From: Eledone cirrhosa
Taxonomy: Eukaryota
Assembly (NCBI GenBank): GCA_964016885.1
Contig: OZ024743.1
Coordinates: forward strand, 138,818,001-138,882,000
Length of the DNA: 64,000 nucleotides
Reading direction: 5' to 3'
Shown: positions 1-12,869 of the stretch, piece after piece
How positions within the stretch are numbered: the first letter of the stretch is position 1
Layout of the letters: the number at the start of each line of letters is the position of its first letter
Notes under the pieces: model-generated
Databases searched by the model: none
Told to the model about the DNA's origin: nothing
What the model saw: only the letters and a program-made list of their open reading frames with translations
Translations under genes and position numbers: made by a program

Positions 1-2661
1 CCAAGCGCCAAACGCCAAACACCAAGTGCCAAGCACCAAACACCAAACACCAAGCACCAAGCACCAAGCACCAAACACCAAACACCAAGCACCAAGTACC
101 AAACACCAAACACCAAGCACCAAACACCAAACAGCAAACGCCAAACCCCATACGCCAAACAGCAAATGCCAAACCCCAAACGCCAAACAGCAAACGCCAA
201 GCACCAAACACCAAACACCAAGCGCCAAGCACCAGACACCAAACACCAAGCACCAAGCACCAAACACCAAACACCAAGCACCAATCACCAAACACCAAGC
301 ACCAAGCGCCAAGCACCAAACACCAAACACCTAGCACCAAGCACCAAGCACCAAACACCAAGTACCAAACACCAATCACCAAGCCCCAAGCACCAAACAC
401 CAAGCGCCAAGCACCAAACACCAAACACCAAGCACCAAGCACCCAGAACCAAGCACCAAGCACCAAACACCAAGCACCAAGCACCGAGCACCAAACACCA
501 AGAACCAAGCACCAAGCTCTAAACACCAAACACCAAGCACCAAGCACCAAACACCAAACGCCAAACACCAAACACCAAACATCAAACAGCAAATGCCAAA
601 AAGCAAACGCCAAACCCCAAACCCCAAACGCCAAACACCAAGCGCCAAGCACCAAACACCAAACACCAAGCACCAAGCACCAAACACCAAACACCAAGCA
701 CCAAGTACCAAACACCAAACACCAAGCACCAAACACCAAACAGCAAACGCCAAAAAGCAAACGCCAAACCCCCTACGCCAAACAGCAAATGCCAAACCCC
801 AAACGCCAAACAGCAAACGCCAAGCACCGAACACCAAACACCAAGCGCCAAGCACCAAACACCAAACACCAAGCACCAAGCACCAAACACCAAACACCAA
901 GCACCAATCACCAAACACCAAGCACCAAGAGCCAAGAACCAAACACCAAACACCTAGCACCAAGCACCAAGCACCAAACACCAAGTACCAAACACCAATC
1001 ACCAAGCCCCAAGCACCAAACACCAAGCACCAAGCACCAAACACCAAACACCAAGCACCAAGCACCCAGAACCAAGCACCAAGCACCAAACACCAAGCAC
1101 CAAGCACCGAGCACCAAACACCAAGAACCAAGCACCAAGCACTAAACACCAAACACCAAACACCAAGCGCCAAGCACCTAACACCAAACACCAAGCACCA
1201 AGCACCAAACACCAAACACCAAGCACAAATCACCAAACACCAAACACCAAGCGCCAAACACCAAACACCAAACACCTAGCACCAAGCACCAAGCACCAAA
1301 CACCATGCACCAAACACCAAGCACCAAGCACCAAGCACCAAGCACCAAGCACCAAACACCAATCACCAAGCCCCAAGCATCAAACACCAAGCACCCAGCA
1401 CCAAACACCAAACACCAAGCACCAAGCACCCAGAACAAAGCACCAAGAACCAAACACCAAACACCAAGCTCCAAGCACCAAACACCAAACACCAAGCACC
1501 AAGCACCAATCACCAAACACCAAACACCAAGCACCAAGCACCAAACACCAAACACCAAGCACCAATCACCAAACACCAAGCCCCAAGCGCCAAACACCAA
1601 ACACCAAACACCTAGCACCAAGCACCAAGCACCGAACACCAAGCACCAAACACCAAGCACCAAGCACCAAGCACCAAGCACCAAGCACCAAACACCAATC
1701 ACCAAGCCCCAAGCACCAAACACCAAGCACCAAGCACCAAACACCAAACACCAAGCACCAAGCACCCAGAACCAAACAGCAAACACCAAACACCAAACAC
1801 CAAACACCAAACAGCAAACACCAAACAGCAAACACCAAACAGCAAACAGCAAACAAGCACCAAGCACCAAACACCAAGCACCAAGCACCAAACAACAACA
1901 CCAAGCACCAAGCACCAAACACCAAGCGCCAAGCACCAAACACCAAACACCAAGCTCCAAGCACCAAACACCATACACCAAGCACCAAGCACCAAACACC
2001 AATCACCAAGCACCAAGCACCAAACCCCAAGCACCAAACACCAAGCACCAATCACCAAACACCAAACACCCAGCACCAAGCACCAAACACCAAGCACCAA
2101 GCACCAAGCACCAAACACCAAGCACCAAGTACCAAACACCAAGCACCAAGCACCAAGCACCAAACACCAAGCACCAAGCACCAAACAGCAAACACCAAGC
2201 ACCAAACACCAAACACCAAGCACCAAGCACCAAACACCAAACACCAAACACCAAGCACCAAGCCCCAAGCACCAAACACCAAGCACCAAGCACCAAACAC
2301 CAAGCACGAAGCACCAAGCACCATGCACCAAACACCAAGCACCAAGCACCAAACAGCAAACACCAAACAGCAAACACCAAACACCAAACACCAACAAGCA
2401 AACACCAAACACCAAACACCAAACAGCAAACACCAAACAGCAAACACCAAACAGCAAACACCAAACACCAAACACCAAACAGCAAATGCCAAAAAGCAAA
2501 CGCCAAACCCCAAACGCCAAACAGCAAATGCCAAACCCCAAACGCCAAACAGCAAACGCCAAGCGCCAAACGCCAAACACCAAGTGCCAAGCACCAAACA
2601 CCAAACACCAAACACCAAGCACCAAGTACCAAACACCAAACACCAAGCACCAAACACCAAA

Positions 2662-2745
2662 CAGCAAACGCCAAAAAGCAAACGCCAAACCCCATACGCC
2701 AAACAGCAAATGCCAAACCCCAAACGCCAAACAGCAAACGCCAAG
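2662..2745 (+). repeat. Representative 84-bp CpG-rich cassette (12 monomers; every second monomer is CGCCAAA/TGCCAAA/CGCCAAG), recurring throughout the array
   Basis: The sequence is CAGCAAA CGCCAAA AAGCAAA CGCCAAA CCCCATA CGCCAAA CAGCAAA TGCCAAA CCCCAAA CGCCAAA CAGCAAA CGCCAAG. It recurs at 16520 and 20922 and dozens of other places, each giving an MPNPKRQTANAK-type ORF start in the track. Confidence 0.95.
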
Positions 2746-3149
2746 CACCAAACACCAAACACCAAGCGCCAAGCACCAAACACCAAACACCAAGCACCAA
2801 GCACCAAACACCAAACACCAAGCACCAATCACCAAACACCAAGCACCAAGCGCCAAGCACCAAACACCAAACACCTAGCACCAAGCACCAAGCACCAAAC
2901 ACCAAGTACCAAACACCAATCACCAAGCCCCAAGCACCAAACACCAAGCGCCAAGCACCAAACACCAAACACCAAGCACCAAGCACCCAGAACCAAGCAC
3001 CAAGCACCAAACACCAAACACCAAGCACCGAGCACCAAACACCAAGAACCAAGCACCAAGCTCTAAACACCAAACACCAAGCACCAAGCACCAAACACCA
3101 AACACCAAACACCAAACACAAAACACCAAACAGCAAATGCCAAACAGCA

Positions 3150-4080
3150 AACGCCAAACACCAAACACCAAATAGCAAACACCAAACAGCAAACACCAAA
3201 CAGCAAACACCAAACAGCAAACACCAGACAGCAAACAGCAAACACCAAACACCAAGCACCAAACACCAAGCACCAAGCAACAAGCACCAATCACCAAGCA
3301 CCAAGCACTAAACACCAAACAACAAGCACCAAGCACCAAGCACCAAACAGCAAGCACCAAGCACCATGCACCAAACGCCAAGCACCAAGCACCAAACACC
3401 AAGCACCAAGCACCAAGCACCAAACACCAAGCACCAAAGACCAAGCACCAAATACCAAGCACCAAGCACCAAACACCAATCACCAAGCACCAAGCACCAA
3501 ACACCAAGAACCAAGCACCAATCACTAAACACCAAACACCAAGCACCAAGCACCAAACACCAAACACCAAGCACCAAGTACCAAACACCAAACACCAAGC
3601 ACCAATCACCAAACACCAAATCCCAAGCACCAGACACCAAGCACCAAGCACCAAACACCAAACACCAAGCACGAAGCACCAAGCATCAAATACCAAACAC
3701 CAAACACCAAGCACCACACATCAAACACCAAGCACGAAGCACCAATCGCCAAGCACCAAGCACCAAGCAATAAACACAAAGCACCAAGCACCAAGCACCA
3801 AGCACCAAGCACCAAGCACCAAACACCAAGCACCAAGCACCCAACACCAAACACCAATCACCAAGCACCAAAGAGCAAACACGAAGCCCCAAGCACCATA
3901 CACCCAACACCAAACACCAAACATCAAACACCAATCACGAATCACAAAACACCAAACACCAAACATCAAACACCAATCACGAATCACCAAGCACCAAACA
4001 CCAAACACCAAGCACCAAGCACCAAGCACCAAACACCAAACACCAAGCACCAAGCACTAAACACCAAACACCAAGCACCA
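3150..4080 (+). repeat. Variant-rich block duplicated at +11149 (~14300-15230)
   Basis: ORF pairs 3291..3479/14440..14628, 3366..3773/14515..14922 and 3721..4053/14870..15202 match. CAATAAA, GAGCAAA (3873/15022) and CACGAAT (3936/15085) are shared. The copies differ by several substitutions, so this pair looks older than the 4518 pair. Confidence 0.9.
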
Positions 4081-5610
4081 AACACCAAGCACCAAGCACC
4101 AAGCACCAAGCACCAAGCACCAAACATCAAGCACCAAGCACCAAACAGCAAACACCAAGCACCAAACACCAAACACCAAGCACCAAGCACCAAACACCAA
4201 ACACCAAACACCAAGCACCAAGCCCCAAGCACCAAACACCAAGCACCAAGCACCAAACACCAAGCACGAAGCACCAAGCACCATGCACCAAACACCAAGC
4301 ACCAAGCACCAAACAGCAAACACCAAACAGCAAACACCAAACACCAAACACCAACAAGCAAACACCAAACACCAAACACCAAACAGCAAACACCAAACAG
4401 CAAACACCAAACAGCAAACACCAAACACCAAACACCAAACAGCAAATGCCAAAAAGCAAACGCCAAACCCCAAACGCCAAACAGCAAATGCCAAACCCCA
4501 AACGCCAAACAGCAAACGCCAAGCGCCAAACGCCAAACACCAAGTGCCAAGCACCAAACACCAAACACCAAGCACCAAGCACCAAGCACCAAACACCAAA
4601 CACCAAGCACCAAGTACCAAACACCAAACACCAAGCACCAAACACCAAACAGCAAACGCCAAACCCCATACGCCAAACAGCAAATGCCAAACCCCAAACG
4701 CCAAACAGCAAACGCCAAGCACCAAACACCAAACACCAAGCGCCAAGCACCAGACACCAAACACCAAGCACCAAGCACCAAACACCAAACACCAAGCACC
4801 AATCACCAAACACCAAGCACCAAGCGCCAAGCACCAAACACCAAACACCTAGCACCAAGCACCAAGCACCAAACACCAAGTACCAAACACCAATCACCAA
4901 GCCCCAAGCACCAAACACCAAGCGCCAAGCACCAAACACCAAACACCAAGCACCAAGCACCCAGAACCAAGCACCAAGCACCAAACACCAAGCACCAAGC
5001 ACCGAGCACCAAACACCAAGAACCAAGCACCAAGCTCTAAACACCAAACACCAAGCACCAAGCACCAAACACCAAACGCCAAACACCAAACACCAAACAT
5101 CAAACAGCAAATGCCAAAAAGCAAACGCCAAACCCCAAACCCCAAACGCCAAACACCAAGCGCCAAGCACCAAACACCAAACACCAAGCACCAAGCACCA
5201 AACACCAAACACCAAGCACCAAGTACCAAACACCAAACACCAAGCACCAAACACCAAACAGCAAACGCCAAAAAGCAAACGCCAAACCCCCTACGCCAAA
5301 CAGCAAATGCCAAACCCCAAACGCCAAACAGCAAACGCCAAGCACCGAACACCAAACACCAAGCGCCAAGCACCAAACACCAAACACCAAGCACCAAGCA
5401 CCAAACACCAAACACCAAGCACCAATCACCAAACACCAAGCACCAAGAGCCAAGAACCAAACACCAAACACCTAGCACCAAGCACCAAGCACCAAACACC
5501 AAGTACCAAACACCAATCACCAAGCCCCAAGCACCAAACACCAAGCACCAAGCACCAAACACCAAACACCAAGCACCAAGCACCCAGAACCAAGCACCAA
5601 GCACCAAACA
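3830..5610 (+). repeat. Block duplicated at +5577 (~9410-11190)
   Basis: ORF pairs 3984..4802/9561..10379, 4127..5278/9704..10855 and 4803..5033/10380..10610 match. The rare monomers GAGCAAA (3873/9450) and CACGAAT (3936/9513) are shared. 5577 = 798x7 - 9, matching the five short units in between. Confidence 0.92.
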
Positions 5611-8600
5611 CCAAGCACCAAGCACCGAGCACCAAACACCAAGAACCAAGCACCAAGCACTAAACACCAAACACCAAACACCAAGCGCCAAGCACCTAAC
5701 ACCAAACACCAAGCACCAAGCACCAAACACCAAACACCAAGCACAAATCACCAAACACCAAACACCAAGCGCCAAACACCAAACACCAAACACCTAGCAC
5801 CAAGCACCAAGCACCAAACACCATGCACCAAACACCAAGCACCAAGCACCAAGCACCAAGCACCAAGCACCAAACACCAATCACCAAGCCCCAAGCATCA
5901 AACACCAAGCACCCAGCACCAAACACCAAACACCAAGCACCAAGCACCCAGAACAAAGCACCAAGAACCAAACACCAAACACCAAGCTCCAAGCACCAAA
6001 CACCAAACACCAAGCACCAAGCACCAATCACCAAACACCAAACACCAAGCACCAAGCACCAAACACCAAACACCAAGCACCAATCACCAAACACCAAGCC
6101 CCAAGCGCCAAACACCAAACACCAAACACCTAGCACCAAGCACCAAGCACCGAACACCAAGCACCAAACACCAAGCACCAAGCACCAAGCACCAAGCACC
6201 AAGCACCAAACACCAATCACCAAGCCCCAAGCACCAAACACCAAGCACCAAGCACCAAACACCAAACACCAAGCACCAAGCACCCAGAACCAAACAGCAA
6301 ACACCAAACACCAAACACCAAACACCAAACAGCAAACACCAAACAGCAAACACCAAACAGCAAACAGCAAACAAGCACCAAGCACCAAACACCAAGCACC
6401 AAGCACCAAACAACAACACCAAGCACCAAGCACCAAACACCAAGCGCCAAGCACCAAACACCAAACACCAAGCTCCAAGCACCAAACACCATACACCAAG
6501 CACCAAGCACCAAACACCAATCACCAAGCACCAAGCACCAAACCCCAAGCACCAAACACCAAGCACCAATCACCAAACACCAAACACCCAGCACCAAGCA
6601 CCAAACACCAAGCACCAAGCACCAAGCACCAAACACCAAGCACCAAGTACCAAACACCAAACACCAAGCACCAAGTACCAAACACCAAACACCAAGCACC
6701 AAGCACCAAACACCAAACACCAAGCACCAGGCTCCAAGCACAAACACCAAGCACCAAGCACAAAACACCAAGCACCAAGCACCAAGCAACAAACACCAAA
6801 CACCAAGCACCAAACACCAAGCACCAAGCCCCAAGCACCAAACACCAAGCACCAAGCACCAAACACCAAGCACCAAGCACCAAGCACCATGCACGAAACA
6901 CCAAGCACCAAGCACCAAACAGCAAACACCAAACAGCAAACACCAAACAGCAAACACCAAACACCTAGCACCAAGCACCAAGCACCAAACACCAAGTACC
7001 AAACACCAATCACCAAGCCCCAAGCACCAAACACCAAGCGCCAAGCACCAAACACCAAACACCAAGCACCAAGCACCCAGAACCAAGCACCAAGCACCAA
7101 ACACCAAGCACCAAGCACCGAGCACCAAACACCAAGAACCAAGCACCAAGCTCTAAACACCAAACACCAAGCACCAAGCACCAAACACCAAACGCCAAAC
7201 ACCAAACACCAAACATCAAACAGCAAATGCCAAAAAGCAAACGCCAAACCCCAAACCCCAAACGCCAAACACCAAGCGCCAAGCACCAAACACCAAACAC
7301 CAAGCACCAAGCACCAAACACCAAACACCAAGCACCAAGTACCAAACACCAAACACCAAGCACCAAACACCAAACAGCAAACGCCAAAAAGCAAACGCCA
7401 AACCCCCTACGCCAAACAGCAAATGCCAAACCCCAAACGCCAAACAGCAAACGCCAAGCACCGAACACCAAACACCAAGCGCCAAGCACCAAACACCAAA
7501 CACCAAGCACCAAGCACCAAACACCAAACACCAAGCACCAATCACCAAACACCAAGCACCAAGCGCCAAGCACCAAACACCAAACACCTAGCACCAAGCA
7601 CCAAGCACCAAACACCAAGTACCAAACACCGATCACCAAGCCCTAAGCACCAAACACCAAGCACCAAGCACCAAACACCAAACACCAAGCACCAAGCACC
7701 CAGAACCAAGCACCAAGCACCAAACACCAAGCACCAAGCACCGAGCACCAAACACCAAGAACCAAGCACCAAGCACTAAACACCAAACACCAAACACCAA
7801 GCGCCAAGCACCTAACACCAAACACCAAGCACCAAGCACCAAACACCAAACACCAAGCACAAATCACCAAACACCAAACACCAAGCGCCAAACACCAAAC
7901 ACCAAACACCTAGCACCAAGCACCAAGCACCAAACACCATGCACCAAACACCAAGCACCAAGCACCAAGCACCAAGCACCAAGCACCAAACACCAATCAC
8001 CAAGCCCCAAGCATCAAACACCAAGCACCCAGCACCAAACACCAAACACCAAGCACCAAGCACCCAGAACAAAGCACCAAGAACCAAACACCAAACACCA
8101 AGCTCCAAGCACCAAACACCAAACACCAAGCACCAAGCATCAATCACCAAACACCAAACACCAAGCACCAAGCACCAAACACCAAACACCAAGCACCAAT
8201 CACCAAACACCAAGCCCCAAGCGCCAAACACCAAACACCAAACACCTAGCACCAAGCACCAAGCACCGAACACCAAGCACCAAACACCAAGCACCAAGCA
8301 CCAAGCACCAAGCACCAAGCACCAAACACCAATCACCAAGCCCCAAGCACCAAACACCAAGCACCAAGCACCAAACACCAAACACCAAGCACCAAGCACC
8401 CAGAACCAAACAGCAAACACCAAACACCAAACACCAAACACCAAACAGCAAACACCAAACAGCAAACACCAAACAGCAAACAGCAAACAAGCACCAAGCA
8501 CCAAACACCAAGCACCAAGCACCAAACAACAACACCAAGCACCAAGCACCAAACACCAAGCGCCAAGCACCAAACACCAAACACCAAGCTCCAAGCACCA

Positions 8601-11600
8601 AACACCATACACCAAGCACCAAGCACCAAACACCAATCACCAAGCACCAAGCACCAAACCCCAAGCACCAAACACCAAGCACCAATCACCAAACACCAAA
8701 CACCCAGCACCAAGCACCAAACACCAAGCACCAAGCACCAAGCACCAAACACCAAGCACCAAGTACCAAACACCAAACACCAAGCACCAAGTACCAAACA
8801 CCAAACACCAAGCACCAAGCACCAAACACCAAACACCAAGCACCAAGCACCAAACACCAAACACCAGGCTCCAAGCACAAAACACCAAGCACCAAGCACC
8901 AAGCAACAAACACCAAACACCAAGCACCAAACACCAAGCACCAAGCCCCAAGCACCAGACACCAAGCACCAAGCACCAAACACCAAGCACCAAGCACCAA
9001 GCACCATGCACGAAACACCAAGCACCAAGCACCAAACAGCAAACACCAAACAGCAAACACCAAACAGCAAACACCAAACAGCAAACACCAAACACCAAGC
9101 ACCAAGCACCAAACACCATACGCCAAACACCAAACACCAAGCACCAAGCACCAAACACCAAGCACCAAGCACCAAAGACCAAACACCAAGCACCAAGCAC
9201 GAAACACCAAGCACCAAGCACCGAGCACCAAACACCAAACACCAAACACCAAGCACCAAGCACCAAACACCAAACACCAAGAACCAAGCACCAAACACCA
9301 AATACCAAGCACCAAGCACTAAACACCAAGCACCAAGCACCAAACACCAAGCACCAAGCACCAAGCACCAAGCACCAAGCACCAAACACAAAACACCAAG
9401 TACCAAGCACCAAGCACCCAACACCAAACACCAATCACCAAGCACCAAAGAGCAAACACAAAGCCCCAAGCACCATACACCCAACACCAAACACCAAACA
9501 TCAAACACCAATCACGAATCACAAAACACCAAACACCAAACATCAAACACCAATCACGAATCACCAAGCACCAAACACCAAACACCAAGCACCAAGCACC
9601 AAGCACCAAACACCAAACACCAAGCACCAAGCACTAAACACCAAACACCAAGCACCAAACACCAAGCACCAAGCACCAAGCACCAAGCACCAAGCACCAA
9701 ACATCAAGCACCAAGCACCAAACAGCAAACACCAAGCACCAAACACCAAACACCAAGCACCAAGCACCAAACACCAAACACCAAACACCAAGCACCAAGC
9801 CCCAAGCACCAAACACCAAGCACCAAGCACCAAACACCAAGCACGAAGCACCAAGCACCATGCACCAAACACCAAGCACCAAGCACCAAACAGCAAACAC
9901 CAAACAGCAAACACCAAACACCAAACACCAACAAGCAAACACCAAACACCAAACACCAAACAGCAAACACCAAACAGCAAACACCAAACAGCAAACACCA
10001 AACACCAAACACCAAACAGCAAATGCCAAAAAGCAAACGCCAAACCCCAAACGCCAAACAGCAAATGCCAAACCCCAAACGCCAAACAGCAAACGCCAAG
10101 CGCCAAACGCCAAACACCAAGTGCCAAGCACCAAACACCAAACACCAAGCACCAAGCACCAAGCACCAAACACCAAACACCAAGCACCAAGTACCAAACA
10201 CCAAACACCAAGCACCAAACACCAAACAGCAAACGCCAAACCCCATACGCCAAACAGCAAATGCCAAACCCCAAACGCCAAACAGCAAACGCCAAGCACC
10301 AAACACCAAACACCAAGCGCCAAGCACCAGACACCAAACACCAAGCACCAAGCACCAAACACCAAACACCAAGCACCAATCACCAAACACCAAGCACCAA
10401 GCGCCAAGCACCAAACACCAAACACCTAGCACCAAGCACCAAGCACCAAACACCAAGTACCAAACACCAATCACCAAGCCCCAAGCACCAAACACCAAGC
10501 GCCAAGCACCAAACACCAAACACCAAGCACCAAGCACCCAGAACCAAGCACCAAGCACCAAACACCAAGCACCAAGCACCGAGCACCAAACACCAAGAAC
10601 CAAGCACCAAGCTCTAAACACCAAACACCAAGCACCAAGCACCAAACACCAAACGCCAAACACCAAACACCAAACATCAAACAGCAAATGCCAAAAAGCA
10701 AACGCCAAACCCCAAACCCCAAACGCCAAACACCAAGCGCCAAGCACCAAACACCAAACACCAAGCACCAAGCACCAAACACCAAACACCAAGCACCAAG
10801 TACCAAACACCAAACACCAAGCACCAAACACCAAACAGCAAACGCCAAAAAGCAAACGCCAAACCCCCTACGCCAAACAGCAAATGCCAAACCCCAAACG
10901 CCAAACAGCAAACGCCAAGCACCGAACACCAAACACCAAGCGCCAAGCACCAAACACCAAACACCAAGCACCAAGCACCAAACACCAAACACCAAGCACC
11001 AATCACCAAACACCAAGCACCAAGCGCCAAGCACCAAACACCAAACACCTAGCACCAAGCACCAAGCACCAAACACCAAGTACCAAACACCAATCACCAA
11101 GCCCCAAGCACCAAACACCAAGCACCAAGCACCAAACACCAAACACCAAGCACCAAGCACCCAGAACCAAGCACCAAGCACCAAACACCAAGAACCAAGC
11201 ACCAAGCACTAAACACCAAACACCAAACACCAAGCGCCAAGCACCTAACACCAAACACCAAGCACCAAGCACCAAACACCAAACACCAAGCACAAATCAC
11301 CAAACACCAAACACCAAGCGCCAAACACCAAACACCAAACACCTAGCACCAAGCACCAAGCACCAAACACCATGCACCAAACACCAAGCACCAAGCACCA
11401 AGCACCAAGCACCAAGCACCAAACACCAATCACCAAGCCCCAAGCACCAAACACCAAGCACCCAGCACCAAACACCAAACACCAAGCACCAAGCACCCAG
11501 AACAAAGCTCCAAGCACCAAACACCAAACACCAAGCACCAAGCACCAATCACCAAACACCAAACACCAAGCACCAAGCACCAAACACCAAACACCAAGCA

Positions 11601-12869
11601 CCAATCACCAAACACCAAGCCCCAAGCGCCAAACACCAAACACCAAACACCTAGCACCAAGCACCAAGCACCGAACACCAAGCACCAAACACCAAGCACC
11701 AAGCACCAAGCACCAAGCACCAAGCACCAAACACCAATCACCAAGCCCCAAGCACCAAACACCAAGCACCAAGCACCAAACACCAAACACCAAGCACCAA
11801 GCACCCAGAACCAAACAGCAAACACCAAACACCAAACACCAAACACCAAACAGCAAACACCAAACAGCAAACACCAAACAGCAAACAGCAAACAAGCACC
11901 AAGCACCAAACACCAAGCACCAAGCACCAAACAACAACACCAAGCACCAAGCACCAAACACCAAGCGCCAAGCACCAAACACCAAACACCAAGCTCCAAG
12001 CACCAAACACCATACACCAAGCACCAAGCACCAAACACCAATCACCAAGCACCAAGCACCAAACCCCAAGCACCAAACACCAAGCACCAATCACCAAACA
12101 CCAAACACCCAGCACCAAGCACCAAACACCAAGCACCAAGCACCAAGCACCAAACACCAAGCACCAAGTACCAAACACCAAACACCAAGCACCAAGTACC
12201 AAACACCAAACACCAAGCACCAAGCACCAAACACCAAACACCAAGCACCAAGCACCAAACACCAAACACCAGGCTCCAAGCACAAAACACCAAGCACCAA
12301 GCACCAAGCAACAAACACCAAACACCAAGCACCAAACACCAAGCACCAAGCCCCAAGCACCAAACACCAAGCACCAAGCACCAAACACCAAGCACCAAGC
12401 ACCAAGCACCATGCACGAAACACCAAGCACCAAGCACCAAACAGCAAACACCAAACAGCAAACACCAAACAGCAAACACCAAACAGCAAACACCAAACAC
12501 CAAGCACCAAGCACCAAACACCATACGCCAAACACCAAACACCAAGCACCAAGCACCAAACACCAAGCACCAAGCACCAAAGACCAAACACCAAGCACCA
12601 AGCACGAAACACCAAGCACCAAGCACCGAGCACCAAACACCAAACACCAAACACCAAGCACCAAGCACCAAACACCAAACACCAAGAACCAAGCACCAAA
12701 CACCAAATACCAAGCACCAAGCACTAAACACCAAGCACCAAGCACCAAACACCAAGCACCAAGCACCAAGCACCAAGCACCAAACACAAAACACCAAGTA
12801 CCAAGCACCAAGCACCAAACACCAAACACCAAACACCAAGCACCAAGCACCAAACACCAAACACCAAGC

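Larger units (their letters stand above)
1..12815 (+). repeat. Layer A higher-order repeat: four copies of a ~2.1-kb block (CACCTAG anchors at 328, 4846, 6962, 10423)
   Basis: Identical ORF translations recur at offsets 4518 (376..1275 vs 4894..5793), 2116 (5696..6520 vs 7812..8636, near-identical) and 3405 (8200..8685 vs 11605..12090). Each copy has the same indel pair, a 4-bp CAAG and a 6-bp CAACAA, at 1854/1893, 6372/6411, 8488/8527 and 11893/11932. Confidence 0.93.

Noticed and set aside
2662-2745. Recurrent cassette separated by variable sequence, superficially like a CRISPR repeat-spacer array
   Set aside because: The intervening sequence is the same satellite, hundreds of bp long and itself duplicated. 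There are no unique spacers, no palindromic repeat, no leader and no cas genes.
3769-3774. AATAAA polyadenylation-like hexamer (also at +11149), and many CCAAT-box-like CACCAAT monomers
   Set aside because: These are simple substitution variants of the monomer, with no gene or promoter context.
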